Shown here: positions 28,961 to 42,440 of the stretch, piece after piece
How the letters are laid out: every line of letters begins with the position of its first letter
Numbering within the stretch: the stretch's first letter is position 1
Assembly (NCBI GenBank): GCA_963693365.1
Contig: CAVNZM010000001.1
Location: 21,150,125 to 21,214,124 of the forward strand
Source: Amoebidium appalachense
Lineage: Eukaryota > Protista > Ichthyosporea
Direction: 5' to 3'
Length of the DNA stretch: 64,000 nucleotides
Translations under genes and position numbers: made by a program
The notes under the pieces: model-generated
Told to the model about the DNA's origin: nothing
Databases searched by the model: none
The model's input: the letters and a program-made list of their open reading frames with translations, nothing else

Positions 28961-29320
28961 GGCACCACAATATAGGGGGAATGCTATAATGCCTCCAATA
29001 CCTATTATATGATACATATATGCGACACCATATATATATGTGTAACATTCACGCACGAATGCACCTCACATATTCATACACTTTGGGATTTTTGAATTTG
29101 AAATTGGGCGGCGGCGGGGGGGGGGGGGGGGGGAGGGGGGGAGGGGGGTAAATATCGACGTCGGCCCCCTGGTGGTATCCCCCTCCTCCCCCCCCCCCCC
29201 CCCCCCCTTCCCCCCAGGCCCCCCCCAAGGTAGCCCCAGGGGTGGGTGGGTCTCCCCCCCTCCTCCCTCCACGTCCCCACCTCCCCTCCCCCCCCCCCCC
29301 GGCCCCCCCTGCGCGCGTGC

Positions 29321-29358
<38 letters not shown>

Positions 29359-29564
29359 CATGCGCTTGGGTAATAAAGAATAGCTTTCTCACCTACTAAA
29401 AAAAAGAGTATTCGTTTTTATTTTATTTTATTTCTTTTGGAGCATTTGCCTCCGTTTTGGCCGCTTAATGACTCATATCCCCCTATTCAACCCCCTCCCC
29501 CCCCTCCTCCCCCCCCCCCCCCTCCCCCACACACACACACACACACACACCATATGAATCATAT

Positions 29565-29605
<41 letters not shown>

Positions 29606-31584
29606 ACACACACACACACACTTCCCGCCCGTTCGTGCGCGGGGGGCGCGGGGGGGGGGGGGGGGGGGGGGGGGGTGGCCGTATAGCATATAGCCTGAGT
29701 TTCAGGTGATCAAGGGACCCTATTAGTTAGGCTCAATGTTTACGTTTTGGCATTGTATGTAAACAGCTGCTAGCACTGATAATAGTGCTATTGTGTGATC
29801 AGGCTATCTGATATATATAGTTAGATGATGGCAGCCTATATATGGGGTGGGTGGGTCCCCCCTGGGGGGGGGGGGGGAGACCCACCCTACTCAGGTGGGT
29901 GGTGGGTCCCCCCCCCCCTCCCCCTGCTAGCCGGAGGGGTGGGTGGGTCCCTCCCTCCCTCCCTCCCTCCCCCCCCCCCCCCCTCTCTCTCTCTCTCCCC
30001 CCCCCCCCCCCCTCCCCCCCCCCCCCCTCCGGGCGGGGGGGGACCTACCTGTTCAAAGAGGAGGGTGGGTCCCCCACCAAGCCCTGCCCCCCCAAAGTTG
30101 CTACAACCCCCCTCCCCGTTTCAAAATCAAGAGTCCCCTTGGGGCCTGATCCGAGGTGTATGAATGTGCAAGGGGCTTTGTAGCCATATTCAAATTTGCA
30201 CAACATATGTGAGAGGTGGGTGTTTTATATAGCTATGATAGCAGTATTGCACAACACTTGTGAGAGGCGAGCCTAAAACTAAAAAAGTAGGAATATCGCA
30301 ATCTCAAAAAAAAAAATGCATCGACCAATGATTTGAGCGCGATCGCACCGGCTAGCCAAATATAGAAATTTGGGCGGGAAGCTTTGGTGCGCAAAAAGAA
30401 AATAAAAAAGTATGAATATAGCTAGCCATATTTCCACAATACTTTTAAGAGGTGGGCGTACATAGCAAGCCATATTTGCACAAAACTTGTGAGTGATGTG
30501 CGGAATATATAGCTAACCATATATCACAATGCTTATATCATGCAGAAGCAGCACCCCCATTGGCCCAACCGAATTCATGTGTGAGCCAGCATTTCGCAAG
30601 TGGGTTTCAGGAGGACGGCCACAATGTGTTGGATTTATATTGCCCATAAAAGGAAGGCTGCCTTTTTAGGCATCGTCGATTGCCATATTGAGAGATGCCG
30701 GCCTGGCCGTTCCTTAACCCGACCTAGTGCGCAGGAAGCCCACATTCTGCTGTAACCACATGACTGTGGATTGGACACACTTCGTTCCAGCCCTGTCGCA
30801 CACATGCACATGGGCCACCCAGCTACCGTCCCCATCAATATCCCGACCTTGTGCAGGCCCTTGAGCCCCGCCACCTCGAAATCAACATCACCCAAAGCCA
30901 CTGCACTGCTGCACGTGGCCATAATGATTACTCCCCCCTCGATTAATTATAAGCTCCCCCCCTCCCTCCCCCCCCTTCCATTAGGCCCCCCCCTGCATCC
31001 CCCCCCTGCATCCCCCCCCTCTCCCCCCTCCCCTCCCCCCCCCCCCCCCCCCCCTCCCCCCCCCCCCCTCCCCCCTCCCCTCCCGCAGCTGGGCCACCGC
31101 ACTACCACCACCCCAGCCGCCCACCCCGAGTGTGCGAGTGTCGTGCTTTGGTCCACCGGGGTTCCACAGTGCTGTCCTAAATATAAACGTGCCCCCCAAA
31201 GAACGTCTTACTGCAACCAAATATGTAAAGGGGAATCCTGGTGATGCTGCTTAGGGCCTGGGGTGGGATATGTGCACACGCCCAGACACCATGTGGATGC
31301 CTTAGGTATAGGGAGATCACTTCATTGTCTAAACAGCTACTGAGCACAAGACCCGACAGTGCTATATGGGACATTGACCCAAAACCCAGGCTAACCCTAT
31401 GTGCTCTGGCTCTAATGGGCCACTAGAGGCCCCTGTCGGCCGCTTTCTGTCACTTGGGAATTGAATCATTTCCCCCTGAATTTGTGCATACGTCATTGGA
31501 TCGTGTTAACTCGGGTCCAAGGGGACTCCCGTCGTAGGTAGGCAGCTCTAGCAGATACACGGATTTTTAGCCCCGGCCCGGGGG

Positions 31585-31627
<43 letters not shown>

Positions 31628-31787
31628 TAGATCCTACGTTGCGGAATCCCCCAGGTATAGAGAGATTGCTCCCATATATCGCTAAAAAAACACGTTATTT
31701 GAATCTAATAAATTATTGCCAAAATAAAAACATCAACCCAATAACAATAACCCCATGCTGCCCCTTCCAACCCTCCTCCCTCCCTTC

Positions 31788-31829
<42 letters not shown>

Positions 31830-32262
31830 ACCCCCAGCTAGAGGGGCCCAACAACCCCTTTATGTCACTCGGGGATAGCAGTAGTTCTCCCCTGATTTTA
31901 TGTCATCGGATCGTGTTTTGTCCAATCAAGTGCGAGAGGACCTCCCCCGAAGGAACCATAGTGGCGGGGGTGTGCAGTTGGGACCGTCGAGTTTGTCCGA
32001 CCCAGTCAGTCTGGCAGGCAGCTACAGACAGCCCATACATGAGTCAGACCCGGTGTGCCCAATCACAACAGAATTGTGTATTGAATGATTTCTATTTTAT
32101 TAAATTTTGTCTTTTAAAAAAGAACCTCACACTCGAACTTACTCATTTCACATGTGAAACGTGAGCGTTTTAACTTACATAATCAAAACAGGCTTTTTGT
32201 GGATTGCGGATCTGTTAAACTTTGACCTTGAACCTATGCAGGTGGTGTACGTGTGTGTGTGT

Positions 32263-32304
<42 letters not shown>

Positions 32305-32821
32305 TGTGTGTGGTTTTGTGAGTGTGTTCATGTGTGCAAGAGGATGTATATGCCGGCTATGAGTGTCGTGTGTGCACGTGCTGATGTATTACAGGAACAT
32401 GTGTGAGCACAAACTGTTACGAATCAGATTCTGTCTTCTTTTGTGAAAACATCTGAGCGGAACTGTATTAGCTGTGTTCACACGTTGTGCAAGTGTCATT
32501 GAATGTGCACTTTGCGTACATGCGTGCGTGTGTCATATGCTTTGGCTATGTCTGTGCTCGATTGAGCTATCGTATGGACATGTATGCATGTATGTACACA
32601 CATCTGCGCCTAGCAGCCCACCCACCCGCCTATGTGCCCCATCCATACACGGCCGCCGCCACCGTCCCCCCCCCACACCTCCACCGTACCCAAAAGGTCC
32701 CAGAGAACACTCAGCAGTGTCAGTGTGCCGCATATCTCAAACTCGAGATATCCGTATATCTCAAACTCGACATGCCCGTATAGTGCTGGCTTACTAATGC
32801 ATATTAGTGACACGATATATC

Positions 32822-33291
32822 TCAGGCTACCGGCTTGGTGTCGTCTGTATCGGTCTCGAGATATCCGTATATCTCAAAGCCGCTGAACATCAGATAGTAG
32901 TAGTCGCTGCTGTCTGGGCCTGTCTGCAGAATGCGGAACATGGTGTACCACCTATCCCCGCTATCCAGGGCCCACCCCCCCGTGCTCCTCCCATAGTCCA
33001 ATGTCTTGTCAGCTGTGTGGCTCTTGAGGGTGGTCCATGTCTCCCCGTCAGCCGTGCCCTGCAAACCACAGAACACATGTCAGACTAGTGGAACCCTACA
33101 GCCAAAAAAAAAAAAAAAAAAAAAAAAAAAGAGAGAGAGAAAGGGGAGGGGGGGTATATGGATTCAGCAACGTGCACAGCCAGAACATGATTGCAAAGCA
33201 GGAATTCATTCCAAGATGCAAAGGTTTGGCAGAGCTCGGAGGTAGATAGGTGTTCTGCTTTCATGTGGTCAAGCCATAATCTCCTGTGTGC

Positions 33292-33331
<40 letters not shown>

Positions 33332-33619
33332 CACACACACATCCAAAAAACAAAAACAAAAACCCACACAAAGCAACCGATCACCACTTAACCACACAAT
33401 CTATGCCCCCCTCCCCCCCCCCCCCCCCCCCCCCAAAACACACACACACCAAACCAGCCACCCAAGCACACATACACACACACACACACGTACACAGGCC
33501 CGTCCTTCCATCCCCATCCACTACCCTTTGCTTTACCTTCGGCAGGTCTCTTTGGACTGCAGAAAAACATCACAGGACCAACCAAGGAGACGGGACAGAA
33601 GAATTGCTACTCTTCTTTG

Positions 33620-33655
<36 letters not shown>

Positions 33656-34960
33656 ACCACACACCCACACCCACACCCACAGCAAAGACTGCCTGCAAGG
33701 CAACACTGCATTATTAGTGGTCGATAGAAATCGAAGCAAAAGCTGACACGATCTATGAACTCGAGCAGACCCCCCCCCCCCCCCCCCCCCCCCCCTTTTT
33801 TTTTTTTACCCCCAAAACCCGACCACAAAAGCACAATCATAGCCAAGCAGAAAATGTTTGGGCACGTGCATGCCTCCCCGTTAGGCCCGTGTGTAAGTGT
33901 GCGTGCGTGCGTGTGTGAGAGTGAGTGAGTGAGTGAGTGAGTGAGTGAGTGCGTGTGTGAGAGTGAGTGAGTGAGTGAGTGAGTGAGTGCGTGAGTGCGT
34001 GTGTGAGAGTGAGTGAGTGAGTGAGTGAGTGAGTGAGTGAGTGAGTGAGTGAGTGAGTGAGTGAGTGAGTGATTGAGTGAGTGAGTGAGTGAGTGAGTGT
34101 GTGAGAGTGAGTGAGTGAGTGAGTGCGTGTGTGAGAGTGAGTGAGTGTGTGAGTGAGTGCGTGTGTGAGAGTGAGTGATTGAGTGAATGAGTGAGTGAGT
34201 GAGTGAGTGAGTGATTGAGTGAGTGAGTGAGTGAGTGAGTGAGTGAGTGAGTGAGTGAGTGCGTGTGTGAGAGTGAGTGATTGAGTGAATGAGTGAGTGA
34301 GTGAGTGAGTGAGTGAGTGAGTGAGTGAGTGAGTGAGTGAGTGAGTGAGTGAGTGAGTGAGTGAGTGAGTGAGTGAGTGAGTGAGTGAGTGAGTGAGTGA
34401 GTGAGTGAGTGAGTGAGTGCGTGTGTGAGAGTGAGTGAGTGAGTGAGTGAGTGCGTGTGAGAGTGAGTGAGTGAGTGAGTGAGTGAGTGAGTGAGTGAGT
34501 GAGTGCGTGTGTGAGAGTGAGTGATTGAGTGAATGAGTGAGTGAGTGAGTGAGTGAGTGAGTGAGTGAGTGGATGAGTGAGTGAGTGAGTGAGTGAGTGA
34601 GTAAAAGTATGTGTGAGAGTGAGTGAGTGAGTGAGTGAGTGAGTGAGTGAGTGAGTGAGTGAGTGAGTGAGTGAGTGAGTGAGTGAGTGAGTGAGTGAGT
34701 GAGTGAGTGAGTGAGTGAGTGAGTGAGTGAGTGAGTGAGTTGAGTGTTTGAGTAAGTGAGTGAGTGAGTGAGTGAGTGAGTGAGTGACTGAGTGACTGAG
34801 TGAGTGTGTGAGCACGCACACACCTGCAGCTGCCAGTTTCTAAGATAGTAGTAGCCATCCAGCCCAGATGTGTGGCTGATGACGTAGGCACGGGGCCGAA
34901 CCCTCCGGCCGTGCAGGTCGATCACCACCCAGTTGCCCTGCCCGTGGTTGACCCCGAATT

Positions 34961-35009
<49 letters not shown>

Positions 35010-38000
35010 GCGTGTGTGTTTGGGACGCGGACGGGTTTGCGTGTAAGTATCCGTAAAAGTATGTGTTTAAACGCGAGTGTGAGAGTGAAACTCATTTAAT
35101 GAGCAAAGATGTGATTGTGTGAGTAACTGAGTGTGTATGCACATGCGCAAGTTCGTGTATCCCCGTGCATGTGCCTGTGTGTGGTCTGAAGCCCTTTCCT
35201 CCTTCCCCCCTCCCCCTGAGTGGGAAAGTGAGGGGTTGGGGGTTGTGTGTGTGTGTGTGGTGGTTGTGGTGGGCACGTGTGTGTGTGTGTGTGTGGTGGT
35301 TGTGGTGGGCACGTGTGTGTGTGTGTGTGTGGTGGTTGTGGTGGGTACGTGTGTGTGTGGTGGTTGTGGTGGGCACGTGTGTGTGTGTGTGTGGTGGTTG
35401 TGGTGGGCACGTGTGTGTGTGTGTGTGTGGTGGTTGTGGTGGGCACGTGTGTGTGTGTGTGTGTGGTGGTTGTGGTGGGCACGTGTGTGTGTGTGTGTGT
35501 GGTGGTTGTGGTGGGCACGTGTGTGTGTGTGTGGTGGTTGTGGTGGGTACGGTGTGTGTGTGTGTGTGGTGGTTGTGGTGGGTACGTGTGTGTGTGGTGG
35601 TTGTGGTGGGCACGTGTGTGTGTGTGTGTGTGGTGGTTGTGGTGGGCACGTGTGTGTGTGTGTGGTTGTGGTGGGCACGTGTGTGTGTGTGTGTGTGGTG
35701 GTTGTGGTGGGCACGTGTGTGTGTGTGTGTGTGGTGGTTGTGGTGGGCACGTGTGTGTGTGTGTGTGTGGTGGTTGTGGTGGGTACGTGTGTGTGTGGTG
35801 GTTGTGGTGGGCACGTGTGTGTGTGTGTGTGTGGTGGTTGTGGTGGGTACGTGTGTGTGTGGTGGTTGTGGTGGGCACGTGTGTGTGTGTGTGTGTGTGG
35901 TGGTTGTGGTGGGCACGTGTGTGTGTGTGTGGTGGTTGTGGTGGGTACGGTGTGTGTGTGTGTGTGGTGGTTGTGGTGGGTACGTGTGTGTGTGTGTGTG
36001 TGGTGGTTGTGGTGGGCACGTGTGTGTGTGTGTGTGGTGGTTGTGGTGGGCACGTGTGTGTGTGTGTGTGGTGGTTGTGGTGGGTACTGTGTGTGTGTGT
36101 GTGTGGTGGTTGTGGTGGGTACGTGTGTGTGTGGTGGTTGTGGTGGGCACGTGTGTGTGTGTGTGTGTGGTGGTTGTGGTGGGTACGTGTGTGTGTGGTG
36201 GTTGTGGTGGGCACGTGTGTGTGTGTGTGTGGTGGTTGTGGTGGGCACGTGTGTGTGTGTGTGTGTGGTGGTTGTGGTGGGTACGTGTGTGTGTGTGGTG
36301 GTTGTGGTGGGCACGTGTGTGTGTGTGTGGTGGTTGTGGTGGGTACGTGTGTGTGTGTGTGTGGTGGTTGTGGTGGGCACGTGTGTGTGTGTGTGTGTGT
36401 GGTGGTTGTGGTGGGCACGTGTGTGTGTGTGTGTGGTGGTTGTGGTGGGCACGTGTGTGTGTGTGTGTGTGGTGGTTGTGGTGGGCACGTGTGTGTGTGT
36501 GTGTGTGGTGGTTGTGGTGGGTACGTGTGTGTGTGTGGTGGTTGTGGTGGGCACGTGTGTGTGTGTGTGTGTGGTGGTTGTGGTGGGTACGTGTGTGTGT
36601 GGTGGTTGTGGTGGGCACGTGTGTGTGTGTGTGTGTGGTGGTTGTGGTGGGCACGTGTGTGTGTGTGTGTGTGGTGGTTGTGGTGGGTACGTGTCTGTGT
36701 GGTGGTTGTGGTGGGCACGTGTGTGTGTGTGTGTGGTGGTTGTGGTGGGTACGTGTGTGTGTGGTGGTTGTGGTGGGCACGTGTGTGTGTGTGTGTGTGG
36801 TGGTTGTGGTGGGCACGGTGTGTGTGTGTGTGTGGTGGTTGTGGTGGGCACGTGTGTGTGTGTGTGTGTGGTGGTTGTGGTGGGTACGTGTCTGTGTGGT
36901 GGTTGTGGTGGGCACGTGTGTGTGTGTGTGTGTGGTGGTTGTGGTGGGTACGTGTGTGTGTGTGTGTGGTGGTTGTGGTGGGTACGTGTGTGTGTGGTGG
37001 TTGTGGTGGGCACTGTGTGTGTGTGTGTGTGGTGGTTGTGGTGGGCACTGTGTGTGTGTGTGTGTGGTGGTTGTGGTGGGCACGTGTGTGTGTGTGTGTG
37101 TGTGGTGGTTGTGGTGGGCACGTGTGTGTGTGTGTGTGTGGTGGTTGTGGTGGGCACGTGTGTGTGTGTGTGTGTGGTGGTTGTGGTGGGTACGTGTGTG
37201 TGTGTGGTGGTTGTGGTGGGCACGTGTGTGTGTGTGTGTGTGGTGGTTGTGGTGGGCACGTGTGTGTGTGTGTGTGTGGTGGTTGTGGTGGGCACGTGTG
37301 TGTGTGTGTGTGTGGTGGTTGTGGTGGGTACGTGTGTGTGTGTCTCCTTGTGTGCAGTGGTTTACGCATCATGCATGACTGTTCGGTGATGATACCAAGT
37401 CCCCCCCCCCCCCCCCCCCCGGGTCGCCACCGGGTCCCCGTCAAAATAGATTACGAAGAAACAATCAAAACACCCACCAGTGTGTGCTTGTGTGAAAGTG
37501 GTGGTGGTGCCGGCTGTGTTGCGGCATGTGTGTGTGTGTCTGTGTGTGTATGTGCGTGTCTGTGTGCGTAAATGCATGTCTGTTTGTGTGTGTCTGTGTG
37601 TGTGGTGGTGGTGGTGCATGCACATGTGTGCCAGTTGGCAACGATACCATTTTGGCCCCACAAACAGCAAACCCCCCCCCCCCCCTTCCTAGGCCACGCA
37701 CCTGGCATGCATTGGCCACCACGGCACTGGCCGACCCGCAGTGCATCTGGCTGGTGGTGACCGTCACCAGCCCGGTGGCCTGGGGGTTGACCCAGGCCTG
37801 CCTGCCCCCCCGTGTGGCGATGAAGTAGATGATGCCCTTATTGTCGTACTTGGCCTCGCCCATATAAGGAAACTCCTTCCATATCGGGCCCACCTTGGCC
37901 TGCAGCGATTGGATGCCGTAAAACTCCACGTCCATCTCCACCTGCCGCCTCTCTGCAGGCGTCAGCTGGTCGGTGGGGATAGGTACCCCCCGCATGAAGT

Positions 38001-38666
38001 TGAGGATGTGGCGAAATACGGCAGGGTCCCGATCCACAAACACACTGCCGTCCTCCTCGGCCCTATCCACCCAGTTGCCAGCCAGTAGCTGTCTGAAGTG
38101 GCTGCTGTACTGCTGCAGTGTGGCCACAGACGTCGTGAACACCTGGGGGGAAGGGGGGGGGGGCGGGGGGCGGGGATGAGCCGGACTGATAGAGAGAACG
38201 CTATGGAAGGAAACAGAGGCGGGGGGGGGGGGGGGGGGGGGAGGGGGGATGGGGAGGAGAGGTTATAGGGAAACCACAGAAGCAAAGATATGGAGTCAAG
38301 GGCAGGGGAGGTCTGTGACTGTGTGAAGGGGAGCCACAGGCCCATGCCTTCCACAGCACAGTCACCCCCTCCCCCCCCCCCCCCCCCCCCTACCCCCTCC
38401 CTCCACGAGTAAGCACATCCCCACCCTGGTGTCGACCCCCTCCCCCCCCTCCTCCCCCCCTTCCTTCCCCATTGCCCCTTTAACGTGCACTTCTCACTAC
38501 CTCTTAAATCTCCCTGTATATCCCCCCCCCCCCCTCCCCGACCCCCTCCGCCCCACCCCACAAACCCCCCCCCCCCCACACACAAGGGATGTGTGTAATT
38601 AGTGAACCCCTCCCTACTGCCGCTGGGATAAAGGCACACGTGCAGCCTTAAGTACAAACAACATGT

Positions 38667-38743
<77 letters not shown>

Positions 38744-39726
38744 CGGCCGTGGTTGTTATGTGAATGCACACATGGCCGTGGTTGTTATGTGAATGCACAC
38801 ATGGCCGTGGTTGTTATGTGAATGCACACATGGCCGTGGTTGTTATGTGAATGCACACATGGCCGTGTGGGTATACACGCGCGCGCGAGACTTTGCACGT
38901 TTGGGTGTGTTCGAGTGGAAGCAAGGATGCTGCTGCGATGTGTTGGTGTGAGTGTGCTTGTGTATGCATATGCATGCCTTCCTATGAGTTCTGTTGAACA
39001 TATTAGTGCGTGCCTCACCCTCCCCCCCCCCCTCCCCACCTCCCTCGCCTTGCCCTCTTCTTCTCTCTCTCTCTCTCTCTCTCTCCCCCCCCCCCCCCCC
39101 CCCTCTCTCTCTCCCTCCCCTCCCCCACCTGCTCCCTCTCCCCCCCTTCTACTTTCTATCCCTCCCTCTGTCCCCCTCTCTCGTTCCCTGCTCCCCCCGC
39201 TCCCTCCCCCTCCCCCTTTGTGGGCTTGGGGTTGGGTAAATTTAAGGTGCAAGCACTGGTGGCAGTGTGTGTGCATGTGTATGTGCCACAGTCTATGTGT
39301 GTGTGTGTGTGTGTGTGTGTATCTGTGTGTGCACGTGTGTGTGTGTGTGTGTGCATGTATATGTTTGTCTGTGCGCACCTGGCCGCCTATGTCCAGCTTG
39401 ACCCTATTCGACGGGGTGGCCACCCTCTGCCTCTTGACTGCACTGCCCTCTCTGCGCCTGTCGTCCCCCTCGGCCCCCCTCCTCTCCCTCTCCCTCTCCA
39501 CCTCGGCCCTGTCTGCCTCCACCTCCCTCCCTCTCCCTCTGTACCTGTGCCCGCTCAACCTCCAGCACCTCTCTCTCCGTCTGCAGCTCCCCCCACCTCT
39601 CCTCTATTGCCGCCCACTCCCTCTCCACCGCCTCCCCCACTCTTTCCTCCAAAGCCCTCAGCTCCTGCAGCAGCAGCACACGTGTCTGCGCTGCCTCCTC
39701 CATCCTGCTCCTCACACCCGGCTTCC

Positions 39727-39776
<50 letters not shown>

Positions 39777-39839
39777 TGCGTGTGTGTGTGTGCGTGTGTG
39801 TGTGTGCGTGCGTGTGTGTGTGTGCGTGTGTGTGTGTGT

Positions 39840-39885
<46 letters not shown>

Positions 39886-40239
39886 CGCGCGCACAAGTTT
39901 TGTGTTGTGTTTGTGTGTGAATGTTTGAGTATGTGTGAGTGTGCCTGGGTCTACATGTGTGGGTAGTGTGTGTGTGCGATGGACATACTGATGAGTAAGG
40001 AAGACCAGTGCGCGAAACTAGGGGACCGTGCTGGGGGCCATGCCGTGGCCCAAGACCTATAACGTTCAGTTCTGCTTTTCATGGCGAACAATGACACTTA
40101 CAGCCTTTCCATCCCATCCTCCTCCCCCCCCCCCCCCCCCCCCCCCCGCCCCGTCCCGCCCCGCCGTGACACACACGCACACACACGCTGCGCACCTGTC
40201 CTGATTCTCGGCCGCGCCGTCGTTTGTACCGTCCGCCAT
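32822..40239 (-). CDS. Coiled-coil + KCTD-type BTB/POZ + F5/8 type C (discoidin/galactose-binding-like) protein, 5 exons, with an apparent frameshift in exon 2
   Basis: Exons 40196-40239, 39379-39725, 37702-38142, 34824-34961 and 32822-33058. BTB: [18 protein letters not shown]...[18 protein letters not shown]...[10 protein letters not shown]-domain: [11 protein letters not shown]...WVNP...WVVIDL...LRNWQLQG...WTTLKSH...FRILQTGP...SGFEIYG. The reading frame changes in a GA-rich run near 39530. Confidence 0.82.
33900..34810. repeat. (GAGT)n tetranucleotide microsatellite, ~900 bp, intronic
   Basis: Direct reading. Confidence 0.97.
35245..37340. repeat. Minisatellite GGTGGTTGTGGTGGGYAC(GT)n, ~2.1 kb, ~60 units, intronic
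   Basis: Direct reading; it produces the 660-780 aa pseudo-ORFs. Confidence 0.97.
38744..38866. repeat. 29-bp tandem repeat GGCCGTGGTTGTTATGTGAATGCACACAT, ~4 copies
   Basis: Direct reading. Confidence 0.9.
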
Positions 40240-41191
40240 GTCTGACTTCGCAGTTGCACACATATGCATAGATGCACAGCAAACAGCGCAAACACAGCAG
40301 CACCAAACTAACAGTGGGCACACTCTCGCTTGCTCTCACCGAGTGCAGCAAGGCCAGTCTAAAACGTCTGTTTGCAGCAAGGCCAAGCTAAAACGTCTGT
40401 TTGCCACGCGTACGTGAGGCTCAGTACGTCCCGATTTTTCTGGCACCGCGCGCTGCCCAGCGGCTCACGAGCAGCAAATGTTGGCGCGAAGTCCACGTGC
40501 AACACCAATCGGATGCATCCAAGCACACGGTATCACCCACGTGTATATGCACGTGAAGTGTGCACACGGACGCAAGCACAGCACATATGCACAGGCCTAT
40601 AGGTTACACGTGCACGGGCAACGCACAGAGGCTTCGGCACGTGTGCGACACAGGAGCACACAGGCAGACACGTGCAGGCGGCAACTTGTGGCCATGGAAT
40701 TGGTCAGACTACGGAAACAGCTCACAGAGCTGGGTGGTGTTATTCTTAGTTGATCATCTAACATCTACATAGTTCATTACGCAGCTACTTTCTTTAACGA
40801 GCTATATGTGATACAGTGACTTGGACCTCACATTCTCATCTATCACGCACTGTACAGCACTTGCTCACACGTTTTTAGAGCCCCCCCCCCCCCCCCACAC
40901 ACACACACACGAGCCTATAGATTATCTCACCGTCAAAATATATCCTCCCTCCCTGCATCTAGAGTGTGCTTTTTTGTGTGCTATATATGTCCGTGAGGTT
41001 TTCGCACGTGTGTGCATGTGTGTGTGCGTGTGCGTGAATGTGTTGTGTATGTGTGTGTGTGTGTGTGTATCAGGCATGTGTTGTTGACGCACGTCTATGC
41101 CCACCCGTGTGTGTGACATGCAGTACCCATGTATGATACGTGTGCGGTTTTGCCCCCAAAACTGCATCGGTCACAGCCACACCCCCGACCC

Positions 41192-42018
41192 TCACGAGGA
41201 GGCATGAGCCACCCACATGCACGTGCATGCACCCACGTGGGCCCTAGTATTCGTGCTGTGGGGGGGCACCAATCAGGCGGGGTGTGTCCATTGTGGCCTG
41301 GTCCAGGATGGGCAGGTCGAAGACCACGGCAGGGTTTGTAGGCCGATAGCGGTGCGTGCACGTGCTGGCATTGGCATACTTGGTGGTCCCATCCGTGTAC
41401 AGCCCGTAACCTGCGGGGCTAGAGAATCAGGCAGGTGCGTATCTGTGGACCAATCAAATTAAATGTTCCAGAGGCATCGACAAACCAAATCAGTGTTCCT
41501 ATATGCGTGACCCAACAAAATTACTGTTCCCATATGTGTGAACCAACCAAATCAGTGTTTGATAATAATGAACCAACCAAGCCAGTGTTCCATAAAAGGG
41601 AACCAACCAAATCATTGCTCCATAAAAATGAACCAACCAAATCAGTGTTCCATAAAAGGGAACCAACCAAATCAGTGCTCCATAAAAAGGAACCAACCAA
41701 ATCAGTGTTCCATAAAAGGGAACCAACCAAATCAGTGCTCCATAAAAATGAACCAACCAAATCAGTGTTACCTGCTACCTGGTGTGCAACAGGCCAGAGT
41801 CTCCACACAGCCCCTTTCCCCTCAACCTCCCCAAAGTGGACTCTCTTCCAACACCCAAAATGACATTTGTACACACACACGCGCGCGACACAGCCCTCCC
41901 CCCTCACACACACACCCCTGCTACTGCCACACACCAACAAGTCCACACTACTGCACACTCTTCTTTAAGCCTTCAAGCACCCACCTTCATGGATGTGGCC
42001 TGCCGATCGCAGATGTTG

Positions 42019-42088
<70 letters not shown>

Positions 42089-42116
42089 TGTGCATATGTG
42101 TTTGTGCGTCTTTCTC

Positions 42117-42210
<94 letters not shown>

Positions 42211-42367
42211 GGAGGGAGGGGGAGGGGGGCTGGTCAATAATTAATCAACCGACGGTCAAATCCAAATATGAAATGTTGGTGCCACTTCCACGCCAACTTG
42301 CCCCCCACTTCTCACCTCCCCCCCCCCCCCCCTCTCCCCCCCCCCACCCTCTCCCCCTCCGCTCCTC

Positions 42368-42440
<73 letters not shown>

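Noticed and set aside
33607-37571. THSL-repeat and mucin-like/Cys-Val ORFs of 330-780 aa
   Set aside because: Translations of (GAGT)n and GT-rich minisatellites; only the embedded exon 34824-34961 is coding.
39940-40030. Hammerhead-like CTGATGAG…CGAAAC
   Set aside because: Core boxes are present, but stem II barely pairs and stems I and III need bulges. Probably chance; an Infernal search or a cleavage assay would settle it.
41480-41770. 30-bp repeats as a CRISPR array
   Set aside because: Units are contiguous with no unique spacers, there are no cas genes, and the array lies in a eukaryotic intron.
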